From: a virus
Taxonomy: Duplodnaviria > Caudoviricetes
Direction: 5' to 3' (one strand)
IMG/VR virus record: IMGVR_UViG_3300045961_000035
Location: 1 to 54,307 of that record
Length of the DNA: 54,307 nucleotides
The translations under genes and the position numbers were made by a program. Each line of letters starts with the position of its first letter. The stretch's first letter is position 1. The notes below the pieces were generated by a model. That model searched no databases. It was given only the letters and a program-made list of their open reading frames with translations, and had not been told where the DNA came from. Below, one piece after another: positions 45,701 through 53,861 of the stretch.

Positions 45701-46777
45701 GAGAACTGGGCTAAGTACACAGCCAAGGCAACGCCAGACATGAAGAATCTTTGGAATGAGTTCATCGAGAATGCGCCACGCATTCAGAAGCGCTACAACC
45801 CGAAGGAGCTGACGGCCATCATTGGAACGTACAAGCAGGGACGAACTACGGACATAATGCCAAAGGATAAAGAAGGTAATCCAATCCTTAGAACGGCTGG
45901 AGAAGTATACGACAAGATGCTTGATGCCATGATGTGGCCTGTAATTCAGGGTGATAAGTTCTCGGCTATGGCTGGAGCAATGGGCAACTACCTGTACTAC
46001 AAGGAGTCGTTCTTTGCTTCCAATCCCAAGGCCACGGAACAAGAGGCCATCAAGTATGCGGCCGATAAGGTCAGCACCGAGATTGAGCAGACGCTTGGCT
46101 CATCCGATATTATCGACAAGGACTACTATCAAAACTCTGGCAACGCATTGTACCGTGCGTTCTCTGTACTTCAGAATGCGCCAAAGGCTATGATTCGTCA
46201 GATTGTTCCAGCGTACAGCGGCTTCTTTAAGAAGCTGGCAAAGATGGATAAAACGGCAGGACAGGGAACGCTCAAGCAAAACATTGAGACCATCTTCCTA
46301 TACCAATTCTTGGTACCCATGCTGTTCCAGTACGCGGTACTCGGATTTCCAGGTCTGCTTAGAGAGTGGAGAGAAGATGAGGACGATTACGAAATGGGTA
46401 TGGCCGCTCTGCTCGGACCGTTCACTGCGCTGTTCTTTGTTGGAGATATGCTTACCGCCGCACGCGACCTATTGCTTGACAAGCCGTGGGCTACAGATGC
46501 ACGCACTGCTCCGGGATGGGATATTCTATCTGATGCAACTAAGTCTGCTCAGAAGATAATGAATGCCAAGAGTGATGACGATGTATACGAGGCTATTGCA
46601 GACATGGGTTACGCAGCGTCAGCTGCCGCAGGACTTGGCCTCAAGAACATAAGCAGAATGGCTCAGAACATGGCTGAGGTAATCGACAGCGGTGCTAACG
46701 ATGCAGGAGAAGCGGTTCTAAGGTTGCTAAACTATTCAGACTACACCATTGAGGGACCAGACAGGAAAAAGAAGTAG
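39746..46777 (+). CDS. giant virion (ejection/polyvalent-type) protein with zincin-like HExxH motif
   Basis: 2343 aa; IYINP..LATPIHEFGHIW..EEALVE; hydrophobic Gly/Ala segments near both ends. Confidence 0.8.
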   Translation: MNEELKKLYDAIVSKGFYTKSYDDFVNQYQDPAYRDKVFDVVTREGLYTRGREEFDTKYAATGLKKKEPSVSTSQEAAMEQPMETGSSELPKSAGVKVTTPTGQQATVQWGPTEFKASQDAPMYDMASLSDIVGNVDVTIDEATKQKISNVVGITGAVFNKIVNPQSNAAQALADAKKFADNTQTAYNVGALSAQISNNMADEVPDYERVAKLKQQLKNEQPKLLSSQLGAEAGDFFDMLAANPVTFLTEVLTTSATQMTGGAGAMTPEDLLYATALGLPTAGAGATAYMAGKNSLNAEMSSRILDALEERGVDVTNAEQLRTAMTNPELMMDVKSEIQAPATIVAALDAVSGGLAGRVGKPLVELAIQAGSGAVGEAGAQIAADGRITSPSAILTEMVAEIPGGLIETAFGAKTKDIARKTKVNQEINELETELSATDDPEVRGVLETALNAKRNEKNKIFTDYADFVNSLPEEEVARLNALNEEIVKVSNAINTVTSDIAGKALRDRRQSLLDEVAKIEETATPTQDAVQEQATDEGVLRPEQPEVGLQEMVEGDQEPEVVAEAGEEVVPQAVEEQELSDLRAIIGEPDGGEPRFRLSDSETIVNEADVEGITDVMNKMPAVQLEFQEPTGVETSIVSPIEQSKSTVKDITEEQASALTGRIEDYNGLPMVTGMSDILASGVVKDSMGNDMQVDGGLLFNVLGSNKDLAWAGVNEGGAQAQYDAAVRLYQSNKPLFDKAWTDGKLPNGHVPMAIMRMSNGAINSNEAVFRWILPTVESLPEKNRVNAMTPLIEAIDAKTKVSDDKIRAAANALKSDIEANNIKSVDELLKYVIEQAKQRAAGNEDTFTLPERSLLYEVMFSAEGVKKPNSKYIKTLFDGVDATNAKNFTSDAIYDAIGEESMKSLKQGSVVAIMGIDVLNGGIQKAQHNNYGFGPKGQAIAILQNPTHGIDVFPEWKAKASRVFKEKVKKTGEVVAPDMESIPTQVGGAFFADGAFIGARPMVNAIGDIEMLMGKLRFAFPSVQATATQEEFDAIMQDPEVRTREVNGMKILGLTKDGNIYINPSEASLATPIHEFGHIWIDFLRSKESGKKGTELLNKGLELVEGTMELDTAKAKYGDTELAREEALVELMATKGETIINASKRSKFKSWLNGVFKYIKERFTTSKDLKVDGIKDLTLDEFIGVALADLFSGQPINNKFSPRKAAESMRARYSAQEDNIYDIVGKARAEGFRDVTIEAFLKERGYTSEEIKGAMEIPLDVLGNVLPDAFKNLEGGAVVGQNLFNNIKEKLNKLAAKKNKITKKPVYNKLQLREETKNLLTATEEFKAQTDEVKAKLMLDLDKAIGIKSSNAAMREEFKSLRAMLLDRKKTRDNLEAIKRKVRGFIRKSLPQGEYTKADVLKLIQAVTDANYDNLPAIMQRVEGYVNEYNVAKVERDIKKLLETKTTKVESGRRMGTTTIQVQDAIASINEELVSPDMAPDKIAETMERQLKEFDELTSEFSLDEEDIMRAQVLQIAMLYNEASLMENNDPNKLDTLTQAKTQLAQLVLEGRSAFKDALSRQHEMYRQNVKDLIESITGKVVDDDITTNDGAEEFVRTSEIERANEEATKSRVAKAWSSFVGQPFTNYFDKTGSLHTLLSRITENLTDQFGGRVHDMVYDRLKQSSIEFEGRMQKMNAMIDKAAIDIFGEKYDSVVKNNKVKAPVDIFKDEAAAKKIMDEMKTASSKRKTELNAELNKLRVFEPMSQNQIYYLYNQYKDPANRTGFESKFGDNYVELMDRLFNEALDPRVKEWADWQVNVLYPSLYQDYNPVYQNIFRTNMPWNPNYAGRMYREFEADDTMAITLMNDKGEFSNIQTPSSTKLRKKNKNAIKLMDGDGVLSSYLGDMEYFRAYAESIRDIDKMFKNKAVRESIKRTTGEDVLKLIDNNIKLVGTRGMSAGEGMKQTMLDNISARFSKAVLMANPSQFVKQATSLFAFANRIGFENWAKYTAKATPDMKNLWNEFIENAPRIQKRYNPKELTAIIGTYKQGRTTDIMPKDKEGNPILRTAGEVYDKMLDAMMWPVIQGDKFSAMAGAMGNYLYYKESFFASNPKATEQEAIKYAADKVSTEIEQTLGSSDIIDKDYYQNSGNALYRAFSVLQNAPKAMIRQIVPAYSGFFKKLAKMDKTAGQGTLKQNIETIFLYQFLVPMLFQYAVLGFPGLLREWREDEDDYEMGMAALLGPFTALFFVGDMLTAARDLLLDKPWATDARTAPGWDILSDATKSAQKIMNAKSDDDVYEAIADMGYAASAAAGLGLKNISRMAQNMAEVIDSGANDAGEAVLRLLNYSDYTIEGPDRKKK
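41331..41456 (+). CDS. nested +1-frame small basic protein (41 aa)
   Basis: MPFKSKQQMKACYAQNNPKWDCKKWSKETKNLKSLPKRVKK lies inside an acidic linker of the giant gene. Confidence 0.6.
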   Translation: MPFKSKQQMKACYAQNNPKWDCKKWSKETKNLKSLPKRVKK

Positions 46778-46850
<73 letters not shown>

Positions 46851-46857
46851 TTGGCGG

Positions 46858-47229
46858 TTATTCCTTGATGAAGACGCCGTTGACGGTCTTACCCTTACGG
46901 TTCTTAATCTCGTCGTATGCTGCGTCCAAGCACTCACGTGCACTGAACCCGCACTGCATGGCTAGGATGATGAGGGTGACCAGTGAGTCACCAATGCCAT
47001 CCTTGATGGCGTCCTTCTTGCCGCGAGCGATGGCGGCCATGGTCTCACCGACCTCCTCCATAACCTTGAGAGCCTGAGCGTTTACGTTACCAGCTCCGTC
47101 GATGCCACGGTGGATAGCCCACTGCTCAACGTGAGCAACGAGCTCCGTCATTGATGGCTTAATCGGCTGTACTGTCTTTTTGATTTGCGGGTGCTCCCCG
47201 ATGTAGCTTAGGTGGTCTGCTGGTTTCAT
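46858..47229 (-). CDS. MazG-like nucleotide pyrophosphohydrolase
   Basis: QALKVMEEVGE..DGIGDSLVTLIIL..AYDEIKNRKGK..NGVFIKE. Confidence 0.85.
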   Translation of the reverse strand: MKPADHLSYIGEHPQIKKTVQPIKPSMTELVAHVEQWAIHRGIDGAGNVNAQALKVMEEVGETMAAIARGKKDAIKDGIGDSLVTLIILAMQCGFSARECLDAAYDEIKNRKGKTVNGVFIKE

Positions 47230-47510
47230 TTGATTTCGTAGTGTGAATTGTAGGCGTCACCGAAGTCGGCGTAGTAGTCGGTGCCCTCGTACTTAGACGG
47301 AGCATTGTTGACGCGGTCGAACGGCATGCGGTAGTGCACTCCGGTCTCGAGGTCTTTAATCAGGTAGTAGGAGAAGTCGTCTACGACGAAGCCATCTCCA
47401 GATAGGACGAGCTGCTCGTCTACTACAATGTACACACGTCCGTCGACGGAGAACTTCTCTTTCTTTTGGTACTTTACCCTTGGCTCTCTAGCCCTCTGAC
47501 TCAAGTTCAT
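47226..47510 (-). CDS. hypothetical protein
   Basis: 94-aa coupled ORF. Confidence 0.7.
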   Translation of the reverse strand: MNLSQRAREPRVKYQKKEKFSVDGRVYIVVDEQLVLSGDGFVVDDFSYYLIKDLETGVHYRMPFDRVNNAPSKYEGTDYYADFGDAYNSHYEIK

Positions 47511-47610
47511 TGATGATGTCTTCTATATCTTGTTGTGTGATGTATCCCTTGCTCATAGCAATGTCCTTGGCCATGGCCAACGCCTTCTCAATCTTTTGTC
47601 TCGAGGTCAT
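47488..47610 (-). CDS. small hypothetical protein (40 aa)
   Basis: Manual translation MTSRQKIEKALAMAKDIAMSKGYITQQDIEDIINELESEG. Confidence 0.55.
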   Translation of the reverse strand: MTSRQKIEKALAMAKDIAMSKGYITQQDIEDIINELESEG

Positions 47611-48262
47611 ATTTGCTTCCTTTAATTAAATTATCAATCCACCAAAGCGGCTGTAAATTTTTGTAATTATTCAATGCCATCACATCATCTAATGTTTTGG
47701 CAGTGCTTATTGGGATTATATGGTCGATGTGCCAATCCCCGTAGTTGTCCCACGTCATGCCGTCCACAAACTTAGACTCAATATATTTTTTAAATTCGTC
47801 TCTAGAAATACCTATTGCCTTTGTTACGCTCTGGTTTTTAACAACATTTATATTTTTACAAATACAGCTAACTCTTGAGCGTATTGAACAGATTGCTCTA
47901 TAAACAGGGTCTTGCTGCTTCCGAATTCGCTCCGATTCATTTTTACGATTCCTATTCTTTATCCTATACTTCCTTGCATATTGCTTTATTTTTTCACAAT
48001 TTGCAATCTACCACTTCTTTCTAACTTGCTTTTCGTTTTCGGTCAATTCACGATTGCGTTTATATTCCTTAATTCTGTCGACGTTTGCTTCTTTCCATCT
48101 TTTTATTCTGTCCTTGTTTTTCTGCGAGTTTTTTTGCCTCCACTCTTTATTCTTCTGATTGGAGCATGCCCTGCAGTAAGAATGTTTACCGTCATGGCTT
48201 TTTGTGTTATTGGGGAATTCAATAAATGCTTTTTCAATTTTACAACTTACGCAGGTTTTCAT
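47588..48262 (-). pseudogene. HNH endonuclease interrupted by an in-frame TAG (48008-48010)
   Basis: Reading through the TAG continues in frame to GMTWDNYGDWHIDHIIPI..NNYKNLQPLWWIDNLIKG and a TGA at 47588. Confidence 0.85.
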
Positions 48263-48448
48263 GTACCCTTCGGCAGTTGCTCCGTTCTGGCCAATGATAT
48301 CCATTCGCCTGTTCATTTCTTCCTCATTCTCCTCCCACTCTTGTTGCCGAGCGTGGGCAGAGCAAGCACTTAACTTGCTGATTCTCTGGTCGACATGCTC
48401 TTGGCTATCGCCGAGGTCGTCCCAGTAAATAAATTTTTGGTCGTTCAT
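48008..48448 (-). CDS. phage protein fused in frame to the HNH N-terminal zinc ribbon
   Basis: MNDQKFIYWDD..RMDIIGQNG runs without a stop into MKTCVSC. Confidence 0.55.
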   Translation of the reverse strand: MNDQKFIYWDDLGDSQEHVDQRISKLSACSAHARQQEWEENEEEMNRRMDIIGQNGATAEGYMKTCVSCKIEKAFIEFPNNTKSHDGKHSYCRACSNQKNKEWRQKNSQKNKDRIKRWKEANVDRIKEYKRNRELTENEKQVRKKW

Positions 48449-48537
48449 TGGATGACTCTGTAAATCGTCAGCCAAATTAGAACATTAATACCAATTATCA
48501 AAATTAAGTTGAGCCGTTCTTGCTTTTCTTCAGACAT
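48445..48537 (-). CDS. small membrane peptide (30 aa)
   Basis: MSEEKQERLNLILIIGINVLIWLTIYRVIQ; coupled at both ends. Confidence 0.5.
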   Translation of the reverse strand: MSEEKQERLNLILIIGINVLIWLTIYRVIQ

Positions 48538-49568
48538 CAGAATATGTGTGTTAGTCGTGCAATCTGGCCGTGCTCCGGGTGGTGGATGTACCCCTCGATA
48601 GCCTTCGGATTGTGTTGGTATCCATTGCGGTGGTGCCACGAGTCGGTGCCGCTTGGGCTTCGTAAGCTTTCAACGGTGACCCCGATGTAATCCTTTGATG
48701 TCTTGTGGTGCACGTGGTGCGTGTACACGTACCTGTGCTTGGTGCTAGCCCAAGACACTGCCGCCTCCTGAGCCATCAGAAGCGGCAGGTCTTGAGACTT
48801 GGCGCCGTCACCGTGCGTGGTTCCAATTAAGTTGCTTCCGTATTGGAAGTACTTACGATGACTGATTGAACAGTCAAAGGTGACATTGGGGAGGGAGCGG
48901 AACCACGTCTTGATGACGTCTGCCAAGAAGAATCCGTTTGTGTAGTCGTGATTGGACGGGTTGTAGATGAAGTGTACGTCTGCTACCTGCACCAACTTCT
49001 CTATGATGTCAACATATAACTGCTTAGCAAACAGGAAGTTGTCGTACCACATGCCGTCTGTATCCTGTGGTGTGCCTGAGGTTGTAGTCCTACGTGGCGT
49101 GTCAATGTGCAGGATGTCGTTGCCGCCGACCAGTACAATCTTATCGATGTTGAATCCGCTGGCCTTCTCAAGGATACCTTCGACGCCCTCGATTACACGC
49201 TGCACTGCTATCTGAGAGTTGTACTCCTCGCCGGTCTCGAATGACGTGCTGAGCTTTCCTATGTGCACGTCGGCCGGGTCTATGACCAGGCAGTGCTTGT
49301 CGCCCTTCGTGCTTTCCCTTTTAATCGGCTCATACTTGGGAGCGTATTGGCTCATTTCTTCTATGAGCGTATCCTTAATGTCGTGCCAAGTGAGCTGAAC
49401 GCTCTCGTTCTTGACGTGCATGGAGAAGTTCTTCCCCTTATGCCAGTAGTGGTTTACGCTTTCGAATGGGACACCCTTGGCATCGCACTCCTCTTTCAGC
49501 GCCCTGTGTTGCTGTACTAAGTCGTACTCTTCTTTCTTTAGCCTTAGCCTAACTGTGTTTCTCGACAT
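48537..49568 (-). CDS. calcineurin-like metallophosphoesterase
   Basis: DVHIGK, GNDILH, SNHD, HGD and HHVHH motifs. Confidence 0.85.
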   Translation of the reverse strand: MSRNTVRLRLKKEEYDLVQQHRALKEECDAKGVPFESVNHYWHKGKNFSMHVKNESVQLTWHDIKDTLIEEMSQYAPKYEPIKRESTKGDKHCLVIDPADVHIGKLSTSFETGEEYNSQIAVQRVIEGVEGILEKASGFNIDKIVLVGGNDILHIDTPRRTTTSGTPQDTDGMWYDNFLFAKQLYVDIIEKLVQVADVHFIYNPSNHDYTNGFFLADVIKTWFRSLPNVTFDCSISHRKYFQYGSNLIGTTHGDGAKSQDLPLLMAQEAAVSWASTKHRYVYTHHVHHKTSKDYIGVTVESLRSPSGTDSWHHRNGYQHNPKAIEGYIHHPEHGQIARLTHIF

Positions 49569-49740
49569 CTTCTAGCGTTTCAAGTAGGTCGGACAACCTG
49601 ACGCAGATGTCCTCTATTGCGGCCACTGCGTCTTGTGTTTCTCCGTCCATTAACGCCTCATATAAATCATCAGTCATCGAGTTTATCTCGTGCATCAGAT
49701 AATTTATGCTTACAACTCTTTGACTTTTAAGCGGGTGCAT
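49549..49740 (-). CDS. hypothetical protein
   Basis: 63-aa acidic helical ORF in the operon. Confidence 0.65.
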   Translation of the reverse strand: MHPLKSQRVVSINYLMHEINSMTDDLYEALMDGETQDAVAAIEDICVRLSDLLETLEDVEKHS

Positions 49741-49751
49741 GGGGCGTAGTT

Positions 49752-49982
49752 TTATTGGTCCATCGAAGATAGTAATCTATCTCCAATTTCTGAATCAATT
49801 TTCTTTATGTATGTGTAAATCTTTTTAGACTTGGACTTGACTTCTTGCTTTTCCTTCTTAGTGGAGTTCACTCCCATCCTTGTGTAGAGCATGCAGTCAA
49901 TCTGCAGAAGCTTGCTAATCTTACAGCGGTCGCACAGCTTGGCTGACATCAGCTTGTCAATTTGTTCAAAGTTGTAGTCCAT
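49752..49982 (-). CDS. hypothetical protein
   Basis: 76-aa ORF in the operon. Confidence 0.7.
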   Translation of the reverse strand: MDYNFEQIDKLMSAKLCDRCKISKLLQIDCMLYTRMGVNSTKKEKQEVKSKSKKIYTYIKKIDSEIGDRLLSSMDQ

Positions 49983-50496
49983 TCATGAATCGATTTAGTT
50001 TCTCTTCGAATATACTAATCTTGCTTACTGGCACCTGCTGCTTCATTCTTTCCAGTACGTTATGAAACAATTCATAGTTTTCTGCCTGACGCTCAATTAG
50101 TTTCAGTTGCAAAGATAGTGAAGATACTTTATCGGAAAGCATTTCGTTTTCTGATTTGAGGATGGCATTGTCGGCGATGATGTCATCAGCAATCTCAGTT
50201 GTCATGTGCCCGGACTCAATCTTTTCCTTGAAGTACTTTACCACTCGCTCGTATTTCTCCTTGAACATCTTGTCGCTAGACAGCCACCCCTCTACGTTGC
50301 GAAGTCCGTGCATCACGGTAGCGTGGTCTCTGTTTACCTCCTCGCCAATCCTTGAAAGCGAGTAGTGGTAAGTGTCCTTAGCTATCTTGTAGTATATGTA
50401 CCTAGCCTCAACGTACTCTTTTCTCCTTGTCTTTAATCTTATGTCGAACTGAGTGATGTTAGTGACCATGTCAGCTAGTAATCTCAAGTGATTCAT
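49966..50496 (-). CDS. DnaA C-terminal-like HTH DNA-binding protein
   Basis: KTRRKEYVEAR..YSLSRIGEEVNRDHATVMHG matches the DnaA domain IV signature. Confidence 0.75.
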   Translation of the reverse strand: MNHLRLLADMVTNITQFDIRLKTRRKEYVEARYIYYKIAKDTYHYSLSRIGEEVNRDHATVMHGLRNVEGWLSSDKMFKEKYERVVKYFKEKIESGHMTTEIADDIIADNAILKSENEMLSDKVSSLSLQLKLIERQAENYELFHNVLERMKQQVPVSKISIFEEKLNRFMNGLQL

Positions 50497-50815
50497 TGAG
50501 TTGTCTATTTAAATTTATTAGGTCAAGATACTGGTCGACGTCAATGTATTTGATGTCAATAAAGCCAACCATGTTAGGGTCTATCCTGTCTATGAGCAGG
50601 CAAAAATAATATGTATCACCCCTATAATCTATGTGGATACCCCACTCTTTTGTGCCGTACTCCTCGTAGCCTATCTGGTAAATGGTGTTGTCTATCGACT
50701 CGCCGAGTGATTCGGCCAGCTCGTATGGAATGCCTCGCACAAACTCATTGAACTCGTCAGTGAGGAAGTACTCGTTATCCTCTAAAAACTTCTGTCTTGC
50801 ATCCATGTTCTTCAA
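50471..50815 (-). CDS. hypothetical protein
   Basis: 114-aa ORF in the operon. Confidence 0.65.
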   Translation of the reverse strand: MKNMDARQKFLEDNEYFLTDEFNEFVRGIPYELAESLGESIDNTIYQIGYEEYGTKEWGIHIDYRGDTYYFCLLIDRIDPNMVGFIDIKYIDVDQYLDLINLNRQLNESLEITS

Positions 50816-51014
50816 GCTCTTTTAATCTGTATTTCTGAAGCTCAGAAACTTTCCCGTCCGGGCGCTTCACTTCAGAGAACAGAACGCCAGAGCCTGGTGG
50901 TATAGCAACAAGGTCAGGGATGCCGTTCTTATTTGTCTTAATAAGTTTAATGACGTAGTATCCTTCAGCTTCAAGCTGTTTGATTCTCTTGGCTTGTATC
51001 TGTTGCTCCGTCAT
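50775..51014 (-). CDS. VRR-NUC nuclease
   Basis: TEQQIQ..GIPDL..FSEVK..GKVSELQ. Confidence 0.85.
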   Translation of the reverse strand: MTEQQIQAKRIKQLEAEGYYVIKLIKTNKNGIPDLVAIPPGSGVLFSEVKRPDGKVSELQKYRLKELEEHGCKTEVFRG

Positions 51015-52255
51015 TCTTCGATTAAAGTTACGAGGTCTCGGCGAAAGTGGTTCAGGGTGTAGTCCTTCTTTTTTGTTACGGTCTTATATATCTGACGCTC
51101 AATACCTTTGCTTGCGAATATCCAGTACACGTCGTTCTTCAGGCGGTCCATCGTGGTCATCCTGTCCTTCGATTGCCAGTAACTCGTGGCGCTGAAGTCG
51201 ATGTTGTAGTACACCAACGCGTCGGCGTCACGCAGTGAGATACCCTCACGGCCGCTAACAATCTGCAGGGCTATGATTCGTTTACCATTGGTGAACTCCT
51301 CGAGGCTGTCGGTGATTTCATCCTTGCCGAACACCTGCTTGAGTGCGGCCAGCTCCTCCTTGAACTTGTAGAAGATGCCAATCTTCATGCCAGCAAAGCG
51401 CTCCTTGATGAACTCAGCCTTGCTCGTGTCGAGCACCATTGAGTTACCGCTCTCGAACTTCACCGTGCCGGAGTACAGCTGGTGCATCTTACTCATCAGC
51501 TTGACGGCCGTGTCGGCGAGGATGACCTCGTCCTTGCCCTCCACCACGAGGTCCTTCTGAAGCTTCTTGATGAGCTTGTAGGTCTCGGGCTTGAGCTCTA
51601 CCTCGAGCACGTTCTCGGTGGTCTCCACCACGAAGCCTGCCTCCTTCTGCGTGTACGATATGGTGTACGGTGCCATCACGTCGAGGATGTGCTGAACGCC
51701 ACCGCCGTAGTCCTTGATGTCGTAGCCGTTGATTCGCTTGGACGAGATGTTCACATAGTCCCGGGCAAAGTCATAGAAGTTACGATACTTTTTGAATGGG
51801 TTGGTGGGGATGCCATACACCTGGTGGTACATCTGGCTGTACGACTCCGGCGTTGGCGTGCCCGAGAGCAGGATGACCTTGCTCTTGTGCTTGTAGATTA
51901 GAGATGCCACGTCCTTCGCCCGCTTGCTAGGCTTGGGGAACGCACCCATGGAGTGCGCCTCATCGCACACGATGATGTCCCACTTGACGCTCGGCAGCTT
52001 GTGCATGCTCTCGTAGTTGGTCACGAAGATGGCGTAGCTCGGGCACATCTTGTCGAGGTCACCGGTGATGGATGAGATGGCCTTCTTCTTGGTGAGGAAC
52101 AGCACGTTGTTGACGCCAGCCTTCTCGCAGATGCCAAGTGAGGTCAGGGTCTTGCCCGTTCTCACCTCCATGGCCAGGTAAAGGAACCCGTTCTCTTGGA
52201 GAATAGATGTCCCTCGCTCGATGATGTCGAGCTGATAGTCACGGTATGTAAGCAT
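51011..52255 (-). CDS. SF2 (SNF2-like) helicase
   Basis: RDYQ, MEVRTGKT, DEAH, SGTP, GREGISL and QSKDR motifs. Confidence 0.88.
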   Translation of the reverse strand: MLTYRDYQLDIIERGTSILQENGFLYLAMEVRTGKTLTSLGICEKAGVNNVLFLTKKKAISSITGDLDKMCPSYAIFVTNYESMHKLPSVKWDIIVCDEAHSMGAFPKPSKRAKDVASLIYKHKSKVILLSGTPTPESYSQMYHQVYGIPTNPFKKYRNFYDFARDYVNISSKRINGYDIKDYGGGVQHILDVMAPYTISYTQKEAGFVVETTENVLEVELKPETYKLIKKLQKDLVVEGKDEVILADTAVKLMSKMHQLYSGTVKFESGNSMVLDTSKAEFIKERFAGMKIGIFYKFKEELAALKQVFGKDEITDSLEEFTNGKRIIALQIVSGREGISLRDADALVYYNIDFSATSYWQSKDRMTTMDRLKNDVYWIFASKGIERQIYKTVTKKKDYTLNHFRRDLVTLIEE

Positions 52256-52257
52256 TG

Positions 52258-52551
52258 CTATTCGGTTCTTCCGGACGCCACGTATATGTCCTCAAGGGTA
52301 GCATCGATGATTGCTCTTACGCCCTGCTGCAGTGCAGTGAACGACTCCTCGTTCTCTGGGTTTGTGTCGATGCGCTGATTGATTGGCGTCTCAACGTACT
52401 TCTCCATGGCCTCCTCAAGCTTCTTCATGTAGAACTTAATGTCCCTGCTGTACAGCTTGGTACCCTTGAAGTCATCCATAAGTTCAAGCTGTGTCTGCAT
52501 CAGTATTAGTAGCTTGGTGTAGCTGACCTCGAGTTCTTGTCTTGTTTTCAT
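52258..52551 (-). CDS. hypothetical protein
   Basis: 97-aa ORF in the operon. Confidence 0.7.
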   Translation of the reverse strand: MKTRQELEVSYTKLLILMQTQLELMDDFKGTKLYSRDIKFYMKKLEEAMEKYVETPINQRIDTNPENEESFTALQQGVRAIIDATLEDIYVASGRTE

Positions 52552-52694
52552 TGTTGTGTTTCTATGATTAAACTTAGTGCTTGAATGTACCCGTTCCAGT
52601 ACGCTGTCTCTTCAGCTCTTCCGGCGTACTTGCAGACTGACCTGTTGTAGGTGGCCTTCTTAAGCTGCTCAGATATTAGTCTCTGATTCTTCAT
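52548..52694 (-). CDS. small hypothetical protein (48 aa)
   Basis: Manual translation MKNQRLISEQLKKATYNRSVCKY...YWNGYIQALSLIIETQQ; ATGA overlap. Confidence 0.6.
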   Translation of the reverse strand: MKNQRLISEQLKKATYNRSVCKYAGRAEETAYWNGYIQALSLIIETQQ

Positions 52695-52986
52695 TTCCAA
52701 GGTTGTTCATGTAGTCCTCGTATCGTAGGCACTCAGCGCATACCAATTCAGATTTCAACTCCTCGTTGATATGATGGTACACGTCATTCGGTGAACCACA
52801 TCTATCGCACACGAGTGTGTTCGCTAGTCCGTATGGATTCCAATCCACATTGTCCTTGAAGTCGCTTGATACTTCTACGTACCATAGACCGAAGTCAAAG
52901 ATTATAGACCACGTTACGTTTGGGTAGCGCAACCACGTTACACCGATGGCGAACTGGTCAACGTATTTTCCTGTGCTGATTTTCAT
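52669..52986 (-). CDS. hypothetical protein with CxxC pairs
   Basis: CDRC...CAEC. Confidence 0.65.
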   Translation of the reverse strand: MKISTGKYVDQFAIGVTWLRYPNVTWSIIFDFGLWYVEVSSDFKDNVDWNPYGLANTLVCDRCGSPNDVYHHINEELKSELVCAECLRYEDYMNNLGNEESETNI

Positions 52987-53224
52987 TGTCTTGGATATTA
53001 AAGATTTGATTTACTTGTTTATCTGTCCACCCACAGGCTTTGGCTGCATACATAAGCATATCGCCGAACTCTTCGGTGTCTAGGTCGCTATGGTCTGTCT
53101 CAACTGATACCTTCATATCGTGATGCTCAATCGTGATACGGAGTGGTTTGTGGTACGTTGCTATGCTGTCTTTCATTGTTAGGTTTTGTTTAGTTATTCG
53201 GATATTCTCCGAGTTGGGTTTCAT
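52958..53224 (-). CDS. hypothetical protein
   Basis: 88-aa ORF; start may be 53176. Confidence 0.65.
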   Translation of the reverse strand: MKPNSENIRITKQNLTMKDSIATYHKPLRITIEHHDMKVSVETDHSDLDTEEFGDMLMYAAKACGWTDKQVNQIFNIQDNENQHRKIR

Positions 53225-53230
53225 TTTTTG

Positions 53231-53464
53231 TCATCTGTACTTGCGTATAAGCTCAAATGTTTTCTTGACATCAGCCAGCTTGTAGGTTTCTCCGACACGC
53301 ACCGGATACCAAGCAATGGTGAAGCCGTAGTTGGCATCCCAGTCCTCTTCCTGTAGTCTATTGCCGTTTACTGAGACAAGGTATATCCAAGGGACGTTAC
53401 CCATCAGCTCAATCTTAATACCGATACGCTTCATACGATTGATGAAGATGTCAACCTCATTCAT
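53231..53464 (-). CDS. hypothetical protein
   Basis: Likely start MNEVDIF via ATGA overlap; GNVPWIYL..VNG motif. Confidence 0.7.
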   Translation of the reverse strand: MNEVDIFINRMKRIGIKIELMGNVPWIYLVSVNGNRLQEEDWDANYGFTIAWYPVRVGETYKLADVKKTFELIRKYR

Positions 53465-53619
53465 TTCTCTTTCATTATAAACGAACCAAACTGCTTTTCG
53501 CAATCATCACACTCCCATTCATCATTGTATTCAGGGTCGCCTATCATTGTGATGTTTTCACTGTCGCAATGGGGGCAATGCTCTGTGTAAATAGTAACAG
53601 TAAATTCTTCTTCTCTCAT
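53461..53619 (-). CDS. zinc-ribbon protein (52 aa)
   Basis: Manual translation ..HCPHCDSENI..WECDDCEKQF..; ATGA overlaps at both ends. Confidence 0.7.
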   Translation of the reverse strand: MREEEFTVTIYTEHCPHCDSENITMIGDPEYNDEWECDDCEKQFGSFIMKEK

Positions 53620-53849
53620 TTCTTGTTGGTGTCAAATGTTTCGTTGTACTGCTTTGCTTCATCTAAGTACGATACAATGTGTTTGGTGTCGTGGTGGTTT
53701 ATTTCCCCCATCTCCCCAGCTTTAAAAACGTCTTCTTTTGTGTACCCCATCTGCACCTTCTCCATTTCTCTGGCTTGTTGCCATTCTTCTATGGTGATTG
53801 CACGAGATTTGTCTATCTCCATCAACCATTCTACTGCTGTCTGTTTCAT
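53616..53849 (-). CDS. MKQTAVEWL-type phage protein
   Basis: KQTAVEWL..QAREMEK..YNETF. Confidence 0.75.
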   Translation of the reverse strand: MKQTAVEWLMEIDKSRAITIEEWQQAREMEKVQMGYTKEDVFKAGEMGEINHHDTKHIVSYLDEAKQYNETFDTNKK

Positions 53850-53861
53850 TTCTCGTTGGTG

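Noticed and set aside
39746-46777. Virion RNA polymerase
   Set aside because: I found no DxDxD catalytic motif, and genes carry host-type promoters.
46700-46777. Theta/HDV-like ribozyme 3' of the tRNA
   Set aside because: The trailer is the antisense of the giant gene's end; no nested pseudoknot could be built.
48008-48010. Genome-wide TAG recoding as in some crAss-like phages
   Set aside because: TAG cleanly terminates many genes (for example 10118, 16241, 46777), long genes are intact under code 11, and no suppressor tRNA was seen.
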